64,000 nucleotides of DNA from contig QCNO01000003.1 of the NCBI GenBank assembly GCA_003213165.1, positions 21,009 through 85,008 of the forward strand. The letters are read 5' to 3'. Made by a program: the position numbers and the translations under genes. Shown here one piece after another: positions 39,931-48,529 of the stretch. Source of the stretch: OCS155 cluster bacterium AG-426-D23. GTDB taxonomy: Bacteria; Actinomycetota; Acidimicrobiia; Actinomarinales; Actinomarinaceae. Position 1 is the first letter of the stretch. The number at the start of each line of letters is the position of its first letter. The notes under the pieces were generated by a model. The model was not told the DNA's origin and did not search any database. It saw nothing but the letters and a program-made list of their open reading frames with translations.

Positions 39931-40005
39931 TGGCACTTTCTTATATTGGTTTATTTTTAATAATTATACTGCTCATATTTTTTGGAAAAAAAATTAAATA
40001 AGTAT

Positions 40006-40809
40006 TTAATTCGGTTGGTATGTTCCAAAAAATACTTGCCAGGCAAGACAAGTCTTAGCAAGCAAGCTTAGCCAAATGTAAGCTCTTTCACCGTATAGAT
40101 AGTCTTTCCATTTACCTACTTGCTTATATTGCAAAATCATATTTATTGAGAAAGTATTAAAGAATAAAAATATACTTACGAAAATCCATACTACAAATTG
40201 TGGGACTCCCTGGGGATTAGAATCAGTTGCAACGCCATCTCCTATGAGATTAACAAATATAAAAATCCATGGTGTAATACCAACCAAACAGCCCATGATA
40301 TAACTTGTCCAGTCAACTTTTTCAGTATATTGATTGTGAACTTCCATCATCCAACCAAACCAACACATTGCTGCATTCATAAAAAATATTCCAGCTAAAG
40401 CCCATACATCATAAATTCCTACAAGTAAAGCAATTAGGACTATCATCACAGATGCACTGATTGAGTATTCAATCCAACGCACTTTATTTATTCCTTTTGA
40501 TAAGTCGCTTTTATATTTGTTGTAAAAAGGACCGGAAATAAGATAGTGAGCAACGGCTGAAGCAAGTAAAAAGGTTGCTACAGCCGGACCAAAGTTTGTA
40601 ACTTCTCTCCATATTTCAAGTTCAGGTACTAATGCAAAACTTGAAGGATCTTCTGGAGAACCAACTCCTACTAATTGAGTTAATGTTATTGGCACAACAA
40701 AATCTGAATTCACAACAGTGCCTAACCAAAAAAGTAAACCACCTTGTATCAAGTGAACAGTACCCATAATGATATTGAATCTTTTAAGTTTCTTTATCTT
40801 AATTTCCAT
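40006..40809 (-). CDS. Heliorhodopsin (retinal-binding 7-TM photoreceptor, inverted topology)
   Basis: 267-aa 7-TM ORF with full-length resemblance to prototype heliorhodopsin 48C12. Matching segments: GTVHLIQ (TM1 His), AVAHYLISG (TM2 His), RWIEYSISASVMIVLIA (TM3 counterion Glu), and GERAYIWLSLLAKTCLAWQVF (TM7 Schiff-base Lys). A GGGGGAG ribosome-binding site precedes the ATG. Confidence 0.9.
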   Translation of the reverse strand: MEIKIKKLKRFNIIMGTVHLIQGGLLFWLGTVVNSDFVVPITLTQLVGVGSPEDPSSFALVPELEIWREVTNFGPAVATFLLASAVAHYLISGPFYNKYKSDLSKGINKVRWIEYSISASVMIVLIALLVGIYDVWALAGIFFMNAAMCWFGWMMEVHNQYTEKVDWTSYIMGCLVGITPWIFIFVNLIGDGVATDSNPQGVPQFVVWIFVSIFLFFNTFSINMILQYKQVGKWKDYLYGERAYIWLSLLAKTCLAWQVFFGTYQPN

Positions 40810-40863
40810 GTCTCCCCCAATTAGAAATAATTAATATAAGTTTAGTTTTTTATTTAGAATTAA

Positions 40864-41061
40864 ATGATGGATAAACAACTAATTTTCTCAGAAATTGAAT
40901 CAATGATTTTTGACATTGAAACCGCAATAAAATCTCTTGCAAATTCAAGAGAGTATATCGCGGAAGATGATTATTCAAGAGCATTTACTCACTTGGCAGA
41001 AATAGAAATTGAATTACAGACTTTGGCTGGAAGGGTGGCGTATATTAAATCAAGCCTTTGA
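40864..41061 (+). CDS. Hypothetical 65-aa helical protein divergent from heliorhodopsin
   Basis: Open frame starting 54 nt from the heliorhodopsin start on the opposite strand. Acidic, predicted all-helical, no recognisable family. Its 3' end overlaps the convergent ABC ATPase gene by 12 nt. Confidence 0.35.
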   Translation: MMDKQLIFSEIESMIFDIETAIKSLANSREYIAEDDYSRAFTHLAEIEIELQTLAGRVAYIKSSL

Positions 41062-42075
41062 CGGAAAAGTAGTTACCTCAGAAATTTCAATATTAATTCT
41101 GTCACCAGCTTCATAAATAGTGTTAGGTAAAGAACGTGCTCTAAAAACTTCACCTTTACTATTTTGAAATGATATTACCTGATCGTGGCCATAGAAGGTA
41201 CATTCTTTAACCAAGTAACTTCCGTCTGAATCTAAAGTGAGTTCAATACACTCAGGTCTAATTGATACATCTAAAGCACCATCATAAGCAGATACAAAAG
41301 TTCCTAAAGATGTCTCAACTCTACCGTTAACTGAGTAGCCCTTTAATATATTGGGGTCACCTACAGAGTTCGCCACAGTTTGGCTAACTGGATTTAAATA
41401 AATTTCTTGCGGCGTAGCGCTTTGTATAACTTTTCCATTTTCTAACACACTAACTACATCGCACACTGACAATGCTTCCTCTTGATCATGAGTTACAATT
41501 ATCGCAGTAGTCTCAGTTTTCCTTAAGAGATAAACTACTTCGTCTCTTAATTCCCTGGCCATATGTGCATCTAAGCTTGTAAATGGCTCATCTAGAAGAA
41601 TTACTTCCGGACCGGGAGCTATCGCCCTTGCAAGTGCAACTCTTTGTTGTTGACCACCAGATAGTTCTTGAGGATATTTATTTTTATAATTTTCTAAATT
41701 ACACATTTCTAAAACTTCTTCTAATCTTCCTTCATTTATTTCATTTTTGGAAAGTCCAAAAGATATATTTTTTTCAACGTCTAGATGTGGAAATAATGCA
41801 TAGTCTTGGAAAACCATACCAACATTTCTATCTTCAGGAGGTACAAAAACTTCATCGCTTGAAATGATTTGATTTCTCATTTCTATTAAACCAGAGTCTT
41901 GTTTTTCAAATCCAGCAATTAATCTTAATGCAGTAGTCTTTCCTGAGCCTGACATTCCCAACACGCCAACAATTGATCCATTCCAAACGTCCAAATTAAA
42001 ATCTGACAAAACAGTCTCTTTTTCGTAAGACTTTGTTACTGATCTTGCTCGTATAATTAAATTTTCAAATGCCAT
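41050..42075 (-). CDS. ABC importer ATP-binding protein (Fe3+/polyamine-type, C-terminal TOBE-like domain)
   Basis: 341-aa ORF with Walker A GMSGSGKTT, signature LSGGQQQRVALARA and Walker B ILLDEPFTSLD. Confidence 0.92.
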   Translation of the reverse strand: MAFENLIIRARSVTKSYEKETVLSDFNLDVWNGSIVGVLGMSGSGKTTALRLIAGFEKQDSGLIEMRNQIISSDEVFVPPEDRNVGMVFQDYALFPHLDVEKNISFGLSKNEINEGRLEEVLEMCNLENYKNKYPQELSGGQQQRVALARAIAPGPEVILLDEPFTSLDAHMARELRDEVVYLLRKTETTAIIVTHDQEEALSVCDVVSVLENGKVIQSATPQEIYLNPVSQTVANSVGDPNILKGYSVNGRVETSLGTFVSAYDGALDVSIRPECIELTLDSDGSYLVKECTFYGHDQVISFQNSKGEVFRARSLPNTIYEAGDRINIEISEVTTFPSKA

Positions 42076-43631
42076 TAGTTTGTTAAATTTCTAGTACTAA
42101 GTATATATGTAGGAAGTGCGCTAATTGCTAACAAAATAAATGCAGAAAATGCTGCTTGTGTAAATAAAGCTTCAGAAGCGTTAGACCATATGTCAACAGC
42201 CATAGTGCTAAAGCCAGTTGGACGCAGTAGTAAGGTTTGCGGTAACTCTTTCATTGTTGAAAGAAAAACTAAAGCTGCACCAGCTAATAATCCTTTGTAA
42301 ATAAGTGGAAATGTAATTTTTATAAATGTTTCCATCTTTGAAAAACCAAGGCCAGAACTTGCTTCAATATAGGATAGTTTCACTTGTTCCATTGACGCTT
42401 GCCCTCCTCCAACAGCTTGAGGTAAAAAAACTATTAAGTATGAGATTATAAGTGTTGTAAAAGTTTGATAAATCACTGGAACAATTTTAATAGTTATAAA
42501 CAACATTGAAATTCCTACAGCAATATGAGGAAGCCCATATAAAGTAAGGGTAACTTTTTCGAATAAATCACCAAATTTTGATCTATATTGAGAAATCATT
42601 ATAACTATCGGAGTAGCAATAATCATTGCAAATATTGAAGTTACAGTAGCTGCTGTTAGTGATCCTACTACGCCCGATAGAACGTTATTTACAGCATTGC
42701 CTTGTGAAATACCTCGAATTAACCAATAGGAAAGAACACTTATTGGTATAACTAAACTGAATAAAATAACTAAAGCAAAAAATGCTAAAACTAAAACTTT
42801 ATTTTTATAAGACAATTTAGCTTTTACAATTTCTCTTGGTGTTCCAGAAACTTTAGCTGACCTACTTAATTCACTTCCCCTTTGAACAAAACTGATTATT
42901 AAAGCAATAAATATCAACAAGGTCGAATAGAAAATTACAGGATCACCATTTATATTTATTGTGTAATAAGAGTAAATTGCCTTTGTTAATGTTCCATATT
43001 TCATTAAAGAAACAGCACCAAAATCAGAAATTACATACAATCCAACTAAAAGAGATGAATAAATAATAGGTTTTTTTAATCTTGGTAAAACAACACTGCT
43101 ATACATCTTTATTTTTTTAACTCCAAGTGACCTAGCAGCATCTTCAACTGTTGAATCTAAATTTCTAAGTGCACTACTGCAAATTAATTGAACATATGGA
43201 TAAGTAAACAAAGTAAGTACAATCCAGCTTCCAATAAAACCATCAATTCCAGATATTTCATTTATCCCAAAACTTGAAAAAATATCTACAAATAATCCCC
43301 TTGGTGAAAATGCTGAAACATATGTTAAAGCACCTATGTAAGACGGTATTACTAAAGGTAAAACTGTAAGAGTAAACAATAACTTAGAAGCAGGAATTTC
43401 ATATCGAACAATAAGAATAGAAATTAATAAACCTAAAAATAGGCTTGTAAGAATTACTGCAATAAATAAAAATATTGTATTCAAAAATAATGTAAGAACA
43501 TCCCATGATTGCAAAAATTCAGACAAATTTTTTGAAAAATTTGCAAAACGCCAAAACATATAAAAAATAGGCATCAAAAATAAAATTAAAATAAAAGTAT
43601 TTGTTACTATCAGAGGTTTTGGTGCCTTCAC
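42075..43631 (-). CDS. ABC importer permease, fused double-domain (FbpB/ThiP-type)
   Basis: 518-aa polytopic ORF (~12 TM) with two tandem permease halves; its stop overlaps the ATPase start. Confidence 0.88.
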   Translation of the reverse strand: MKAPKPLIVTNTFILILFLMPIFYMFWRFANFSKNLSEFLQSWDVLTLFLNTIFLFIAVILTSLFLGLLISILIVRYEIPASKLLFTLTVLPLVIPSYIGALTYVSAFSPRGLFVDIFSSFGINEISGIDGFIGSWIVLTLFTYPYVQLICSSALRNLDSTVEDAARSLGVKKIKMYSSVVLPRLKKPIIYSSLLVGLYVISDFGAVSLMKYGTLTKAIYSYYTININGDPVIFYSTLLIFIALIISFVQRGSELSRSAKVSGTPREIVKAKLSYKNKVLVLAFFALVILFSLVIPISVLSYWLIRGISQGNAVNNVLSGVVGSLTAATVTSIFAMIIATPIVIMISQYRSKFGDLFEKVTLTLYGLPHIAVGISMLFITIKIVPVIYQTFTTLIISYLIVFLPQAVGGGQASMEQVKLSYIEASSGLGFSKMETFIKITFPLIYKGLLAGAALVFLSTMKELPQTLLLRPTGFSTMAVDIWSNASEALFTQAAFSAFILLAISALPTYILSTRNLTN

Positions 43632-43668
43632 TCTATTAAGGATAAATAAAAATTACAGTTATTAAAAG

Positions 43669-43701
43669 AAAAAAATTCTGGCCAGAATTACCTGGCTAGA
43701 A
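43669..43701 (-). terminator. Hairpin plus U-run after the binding-protein gene (intra-operon attenuator/terminator)
   Basis: Minus strand: TTCTAGCCAG, 6-nt loop, CTGGCCAGAA (10-bp stem, one mismatch), followed by T7. It lies 32 nt after the binding-protein stop. Confidence 0.45.
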
Positions 43702-43732
43702 TTTTTGACTCATTTTGATACTAAATGAAGAA

Positions 43733-44833
43733 TCAAAATCCTGCCTGAGCAATCAACTCTACAGCTTTTTCCTGCCATAGAGATAACGCTGACCAATTTA
43801 GGTTTGAAGGAGAGTTCAAACTATTAATGTCTGGAAGCAAAGCATTAGGCTTAATACCTGTAACAAGAGGGAACTCGTAAACAGTATTTGTAAATGTTTC
43901 TTGAGCCGCTTTTGAATGAAGGAATTCAATAAATGCTAACGCTGCTGGTTTATTTTGGCTTGAAGACAAAATACCAACACCAGCAGGCATAACCATTGCT
44001 CCACATCCTTCATCCAAATATACATTCTTAATTGGTTCATTTCCGTTTTCAGCCAACACTCGCAATGTGTAATAGTGGTTAATCATTCCAATATCTAGCT
44101 CACCGGCTGCAGCAGCTGCAACTTGTGGTGAGTTTTTAGGATATTCAGCATATCCAAGTCCATTTATGGTGGTTAGCCATTCTAAGACTTTTTCTTCACC
44201 GTCCAACTCAACCATACAAGCAACCATTGCTATGAATGAAGAATTGGTTGGAGCAAGTCCTAATCGATTTCTAAACTTTTCATCTGCAAGACCATAAATA
44301 TCATTTGGCAATTCCGAATCTTGAACGTCTCTAGTATCAACAACTAGAGCTCTAGATCTACCGGATGTTCCAACCCAGTAATTATTTTTATCTACAGCCC
44401 AACCGGGAACATTATCTAAAATATCAGCTGGTAGTCTCTCAAACAGGCCTTCTTTGGCGACAATTCCAAGACTTACTGGGTCTTGAGAAAAGAAAATATC
44501 AGCAGGACTGATCGCGCCTTCAAGTTTAAGAGTTCCTGCTAACTCCGCACTTTTAGCATATCTTACCTCGACTGTTACCCCCGAAGTAGATTCAAATTCA
44601 GCAATAATTTCTGATACTAAACTTTCTTTTCTTCCGCTATAGATGACAAGCGTCCCGCTTACTTCTGCTTCTTCCTCGGTTAGTGCTGCATTAACTGCAG
44701 CTTCAATTTCTTCTTGAGAGACTTCTCCAGCTGGACCTTGTTCACCAGCCGGACCACGTTCACCAGCTGTAGTAGTACAAGCCGATAAAACTATTGTGAG
44801 AGCAACTAAAACTAAAATATATTTTTTATTCAC
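43733..44833 (-). CDS. Fe(III)-type ABC substrate-binding lipoprotein (FbpA/AfuA-like)
   Basis: The start is placed at the GTG at 44833 (GAGG 5 nt upstream), which gives the signal MNKKYILVLVALTIVLSAC with an LSAC lipobox; the tracked ORF extends to 44878. The mature part is FbpA-like, including the tandem-Tyr motif MINHYY. Confidence 0.85.
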   Translation of the reverse strand: MNKKYILVLVALTIVLSACTTTAGERGPAGEQGPAGEVSQEEIEAAVNAALTEEEAEVSGTLVIYSGRKESLVSEIIAEFESTSGVTVEVRYAKSAELAGTLKLEGAISPADIFFSQDPVSLGIVAKEGLFERLPADILDNVPGWAVDKNNYWVGTSGRSRALVVDTRDVQDSELPNDIYGLADEKFRNRLGLAPTNSSFIAMVACMVELDGEEKVLEWLTTINGLGYAEYPKNSPQVAAAAAGELDIGMINHYYTLRVLAENGNEPIKNVYLDEGCGAMVMPAGVGILSSSQNKPAALAFIEFLHSKAAQETFTNTVYEFPLVTGIKPNALLPDINSLNSPSNLNWSALSLWQEKAVELIAQAGF

Positions 44834-45264
44834 ATTTACCTCAAATTTCAAATTTACTTTGTTAATACTACTTAACATTATAAGTTAATGCTAATTTATT
44901 TAAAAAAAAATTAAAAATTTATAGAATTCAGATTTAAGTTTAAGTCAAGAAATTTAACTGTGTTGAGAAAATTAGTTTACGCTACCTGATTTAGAAAGCC
45001 TTTTAAAATTAAACGATCTTAAAACAAACTTTCCCCCATTGCGGACAAACCACATAAAGCCAGCAAGTAAGTAAGCGTAAGGACACATCATATTACTGAT
45101 ATTATACATTAAATAGTAAAATATTAATAATGCAAAAAGATCCTAAAATTGTAAGAAAATATGAACCAGTAATTTGGTTACTTTTTTTTGGATTGACCTT
45201 CGCGGTTGGTTGCCCAGCATTTTAGAAATATCATTATTTGTTAATTACTGTTAACATGTAACTA

Positions 45265-45951
45265 ATGAATACTAAAAACCCAAATATTCTCTCTCAAGAT
45301 GAAATAGAAAGTTTACCAAATTCTTTCTATTCTCATGCTGAAGCAATATATCATCTTAATGAAGTTGGTATTGAAGTAAAGCAAACCCGAGTAGCAGAGT
45401 GGCTAGGTGTTAGTAGAGCAAACGTTTCTCAAGTTATAGGAAGAATGCAAAATAATGGTCTTATTGAATTAACAGATGAATTAAAGCTCTCTAAAAAAGG
45501 TGCTTATCTAGCAAAAATAATTTCACGCAGACATCGAATAATTGAGAGATTTCTTTCAGAAGTCCTTGACTTACCTTGGGACAAAGTTTACAAAGAAACA
45601 AAAAAATGGGAAAACATTCTAAGTCCTACTACTGAAGAGGCAATGTTAAAAATTTTGGGTAATCCAACTACTGGTCCTTTTGGTAACCCAATTCCTTATT
45701 CAAACTATAAAGAAGTTCCCATGAAAAATTTATTGGATGTTGATCCAAATGAAGATTATGAAATTTTAAAAATTTCAGAAGAGCTTAAAAAAGATAACAA
45801 TGTAATTGATTTTCTACAGAAAAATCAGATGTTGCCTGGAAACAATATTTTTATTTCTGATACAAACAAGTATTCAATTACTGTCAGTATTACAAAAAAT
45901 CAATATTTTGGTCTCGATCAGTACATTGCTGAGAGAGTATTTGTCGGTTGA
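45265..45951 (+). CDS. DtxR/IdeR/MntR-family transcriptional regulator with C-terminal SH3/FeoA-like domain
   Basis: 228-aa ORF with winged HTH (RVAEWLGVSRANVSQVIGRMQNNGLI), dimerisation helix RRHRIIERFL and the GPFGNPIP linker motif. Confidence 0.88.
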   Translation: MNTKNPNILSQDEIESLPNSFYSHAEAIYHLNEVGIEVKQTRVAEWLGVSRANVSQVIGRMQNNGLIELTDELKLSKKGAYLAKIISRRHRIIERFLSEVLDLPWDKVYKETKKWENILSPTTEEAMLKILGNPTTGPFGNPIPYSNYKEVPMKNLLDVDPNEDYEILKISEELKKDNNVIDFLQKNQMLPGNNIFISDTNKYSITVSITKNQYFGLDQYIAERVFVG

Positions 45952-45991
45952 TTCAATTTATGATTATACAGAGATTTTTTATAATTGACCT

Positions 45992-46474
45992 ATGAGTAAT
46001 TTATTGTCAAATATACCTTATGAACTATTTAGTTATATTGGTGGTGGAATATTTTTGTTTATCATCATATATAAATTTTTCCCAAATTTATTTATTAAGA
46101 TTCATAAACCAGTCTTTTTCACGATAGGTATATTGTCATTATCTTTAGGATACGTTGGAATTGTAATTCCTGGTCTTCCCACAACTGTTTTTATACTGAT
46201 TGCAGCATGGGCTTTCTCAAAATGTTCAGAAAGATTTACATTTTGGATTGAAAACCACAGAATTTTTGGTCCAATCATTTTAAATTGGAAAACATATAGA
46301 GGTCTTTCAAGAAGGGCTAAGAAGCTAGCCATTTCAATGATTATTCCAACTTTTGTATTTACTATCTACTTTGTTTTTTCACTTGTTGGAGACTTAATTT
46401 TTGGTGCTTTTGGAATCGCTCTTTGCACATGGTTAGCAACTAGACCGGAGCCACCTCTTGAAAACGAAGCTTAA
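45992..46474 (+). CDS. DUF454 (YbaN-like) inner-membrane protein
   Basis: 160-aa ORF with ...VIPGLPTTVFILIAAWAFSKCSERFTFWIENHRIFGPII..., the DUF454 core. Confidence 0.82.
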   Translation: MSNLLSNIPYELFSYIGGGIFLFIIIYKFFPNLFIKIHKPVFFTIGILSLSLGYVGIVIPGLPTTVFILIAAWAFSKCSERFTFWIENHRIFGPIILNWKTYRGLSRRAKKLAISMIIPTFVFTIYFVFSLVGDLIFGAFGIALCTWLATRPEPPLENEA

Positions 46475-46476
46475 AT

Positions 46477-47079
46477 TTAGTTAGGTTCGGGGATTTGATA
46501 GCCTATTGGTGAAACTTTATCTAATTCAAATACATCTCTTGCTTGAGCTTCGTAATTCAATCCTATAGATATTTGATCTCCTTCAGTAACCCTATTCCCA
46601 TTTTCATCTAGCCTTGCATTCATGGTTGCTTTTTTGCCAGATTTACAAATTGTTTTTATTTCAGTCATCTCATCAGCCCAGGCTAATAAATATACACTTC
46701 CTGGAAAAGGTTCTCCACGAAAATCTGTTCTCAATCCATAGCAAAGAACAGGAATTTTAAGCTTATCTACAACCAAAGACAATTGAAGCACTTGTTTTGG
46801 GCTAAGGAACTGTGATTCATCAACAAGTACGCAAGACACTTTTTCCCTTTGATGTTCATGTGCAGTCCAAACATATAGATCATCATCAGCAGTAAAAATT
46901 TCACATTCCCTGTCCAAACCAATTCTTGAAGCAATTTTTCCCTCTCCAAATCTGTCATCTAGTTTTGGTGTGAATAAAAGAGTTCTCATATTTCTCTCTT
47001 CATAATTATGTGCAGACTGTAAGAGAGTTGTACTTTTTCCAGCATTCATTGCTGCATAATAAAAATATAATTTTGCCAT
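46477..47079 (-). CDS. tdk: Thymidine kinase
   Basis: 200-aa ORF with P-loop [14 protein letters not shown] and VDESQF. Two of the four usual zinc Cys positions are non-Cys here ([10 protein letters not shown]). Confidence 0.92.
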   Translation of the reverse strand: MAKLYFYYAAMNAGKSTTLLQSAHNYEERNMRTLLFTPKLDDRFGEGKIASRIGLDRECEIFTADDDLYVWTAHEHQREKVSCVLVDESQFLSPKQVLQLSLVVDKLKIPVLCYGLRTDFRGEPFPGSVYLLAWADEMTEIKTICKSGKKATMNARLDENGNRVTEGDQISIGLNYEAQARDVFELDKVSPIGYQIPEPN

Positions 47080-47111
47080 TTCTTATATATTAGTTATTTA
47101 ATTTATTGTTG

Positions 47112-48107
47112 CTATCGAACAGCAACTATTCTTCCAACAGTTTTTCTGCTTCCAATCATGTCAAGATGCTCGACAATTTCATCAAATTTAATAGTTTTAA
47201 AGACAGGTTCAATTTGTTGATTAGTGTATAAATCAAATATTAACTCCATCCTTGATTGAAGATATTTTTTATCATCATTTTCGAAGCTGATCATGAAAAC
47301 TCCCATAATTGAAATATTCTTAACAAGTAAATAGCTAAGCGGTTGGGAGGGAATATTTCCACTTGCAAAGCCTACTATCAGTGCTCGGCCTTCAGAGCTT
47401 AGCAGGCGTATTCCTTGTTCATATGGTTCGCCTCCAACTTGATCATAAAAGATATTCACTGGTCTTTTACCAAATTTTGCTTCCACAGTTTCTTTTAAAT
47501 CTTCCTCTTGATAATTTATTACTAAATCTGGTCCAAATTGTTTAACCAACTCTTTCTTTTTTTCAGAACCTACTGCGGCAACAACTCTTGCACCAGATAT
47601 CTTTGCAAGTTGAATAGCTGATAATCCCACTCCACCTGCTGCTGCATTAACTAATACCAATTCATTAGGTTTTATTTGAGCTCTTCTATGTAGTGCAAAG
47701 TCTGAAGTAAGGTATGACATAAGAATTGCCGCACCTACTTCAAATGAAATATTTTCAGGAAGTTTATAAGTTAGATTTTCAGACACCACACAAACATCAC
47801 CAAAACTTCCATGTCTTCCAGATCTAAATACAGTGGTCGCTGCTACAACCCTATCTCCTACTTCAAACTGACTATCTTCATGACACTCCTTTATGTAGCC
47901 TGCAACCTCAAAACCAGGTACAAATGGATGTTTTGGATTCGATTGGTACAGCCCACTTGATAATAAAAGATCAGCATAATTTAAAGTTGCTACTTTGGTT
48001 TCTATTATTAACTCTTTATCTTTGATTTTTGGGTAATCCATTGTTGTAAATTCAAGATCTGTGAATAAACCAATTTCTTTTTGAACTAATGCTTTGTATT
48101 CATTCAT
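47112..48107 (-). CDS. Zinc-type alcohol dehydrogenase superfamily NADPH:quinone oxidoreductase
   Basis: 331-aa MDR-family ORF with the Rossmann motif AAAGGVGLSAIQLAK. No catalytic zinc ligand pattern, as in Qor-like enzymes. Confidence 0.85.
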   Translation of the reverse strand: MNEYKALVQKEIGLFTDLEFTTMDYPKIKDKELIIETKVATLNYADLLLSSGLYQSNPKHPFVPGFEVAGYIKECHEDSQFEVGDRVVAATTVFRSGRHGSFGDVCVVSENLTYKLPENISFEVGAAILMSYLTSDFALHRRAQIKPNELVLVNAAAGGVGLSAIQLAKISGARVVAAVGSEKKKELVKQFGPDLVINYQEEDLKETVEAKFGKRPVNIFYDQVGGEPYEQGIRLLSSEGRALIVGFASGNIPSQPLSYLLVKNISIMGVFMISFENDDKKYLQSRMELIFDLYTNQQIEPVFKTIKFDEIVEHLDMIGSRKTVGRIVAVR

Positions 48108-48148
48108 ATCAATATCATAAAAGAATTTATTAATGGTAGTCTTTTTTT

Positions 48149-48529
48149 ATGGAAGTAATTATTAAATACATACACATGATTGGTTTGTCAGTCTGGCTTG
48201 GATCAATGATTCTTTGGGCAGTATTTGCACCTCAGCTTTATAAAATCGATCCTTCGAAAAAAACTACAGATACTTTAAGAGGCTATTTTAGTTCAGTCTC
48301 TTGGACATCATACTTTTTAGCATTAGTGTCCGGATTGACTCTTTACTTTTTAGAACAAAGCACAACTTCAAATTGGCTACTTGAAGTATCGCTTCTTGGG
48401 TTAGCTGGTGTTGTGATTGCATTACATAGCTATGCTACAAAACTTAGTGCTGCATTAAGAGGTGCTTTTAATGGGGTAATGTTAATACTTGCTTTAGTTG
48501 TTGTGTACCTAGCAACTATATATATTTAA
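48149..48529 (+). CDS. Small 4-TM membrane protein (CopD/DUF4149-like N-terminal motif)
   Basis: 126-aa ORF with IHMIGLSVWLGSMILWAVF resembling the H...W.G helix of CopD-like proteins. Family assignment is weak. Confidence 0.5.
   Translation: MEVIIKYIHMIGLSVWLGSMILWAVFAPQLYKIDPSKKTTDTLRGYFSSVSWTSYFLALVSGLTLYFLEQSTTSNWLLEVSLLGLAGVVIALHSYATKLSAALRGAFNGVMLILALVVVYLATIYI

Noticed and set aside
40006-40809. Interpretation as a proteorhodopsin/actinorhodopsin-type proton pump
   Set aside because: The TM3 and TM7 motifs are those of heliorhodopsins (RWxEYS, SL(V/L)AK), not type-1 pumps. The N-terminus is strongly basic, consistent with inverted topology.
41050-44878. Thiamine (ThiBPQ) transporter instead of an iron transporter
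   Set aside because: The architecture is the same (fused double permease), but the binding protein has the tandem-Tyr MINHYY motif characteristic of Fe(III)-binding FbpA/FutA proteins. The locus is also paired with a DtxR-family regulator, and no TPP-riboswitch-like sequence was seen upstream.
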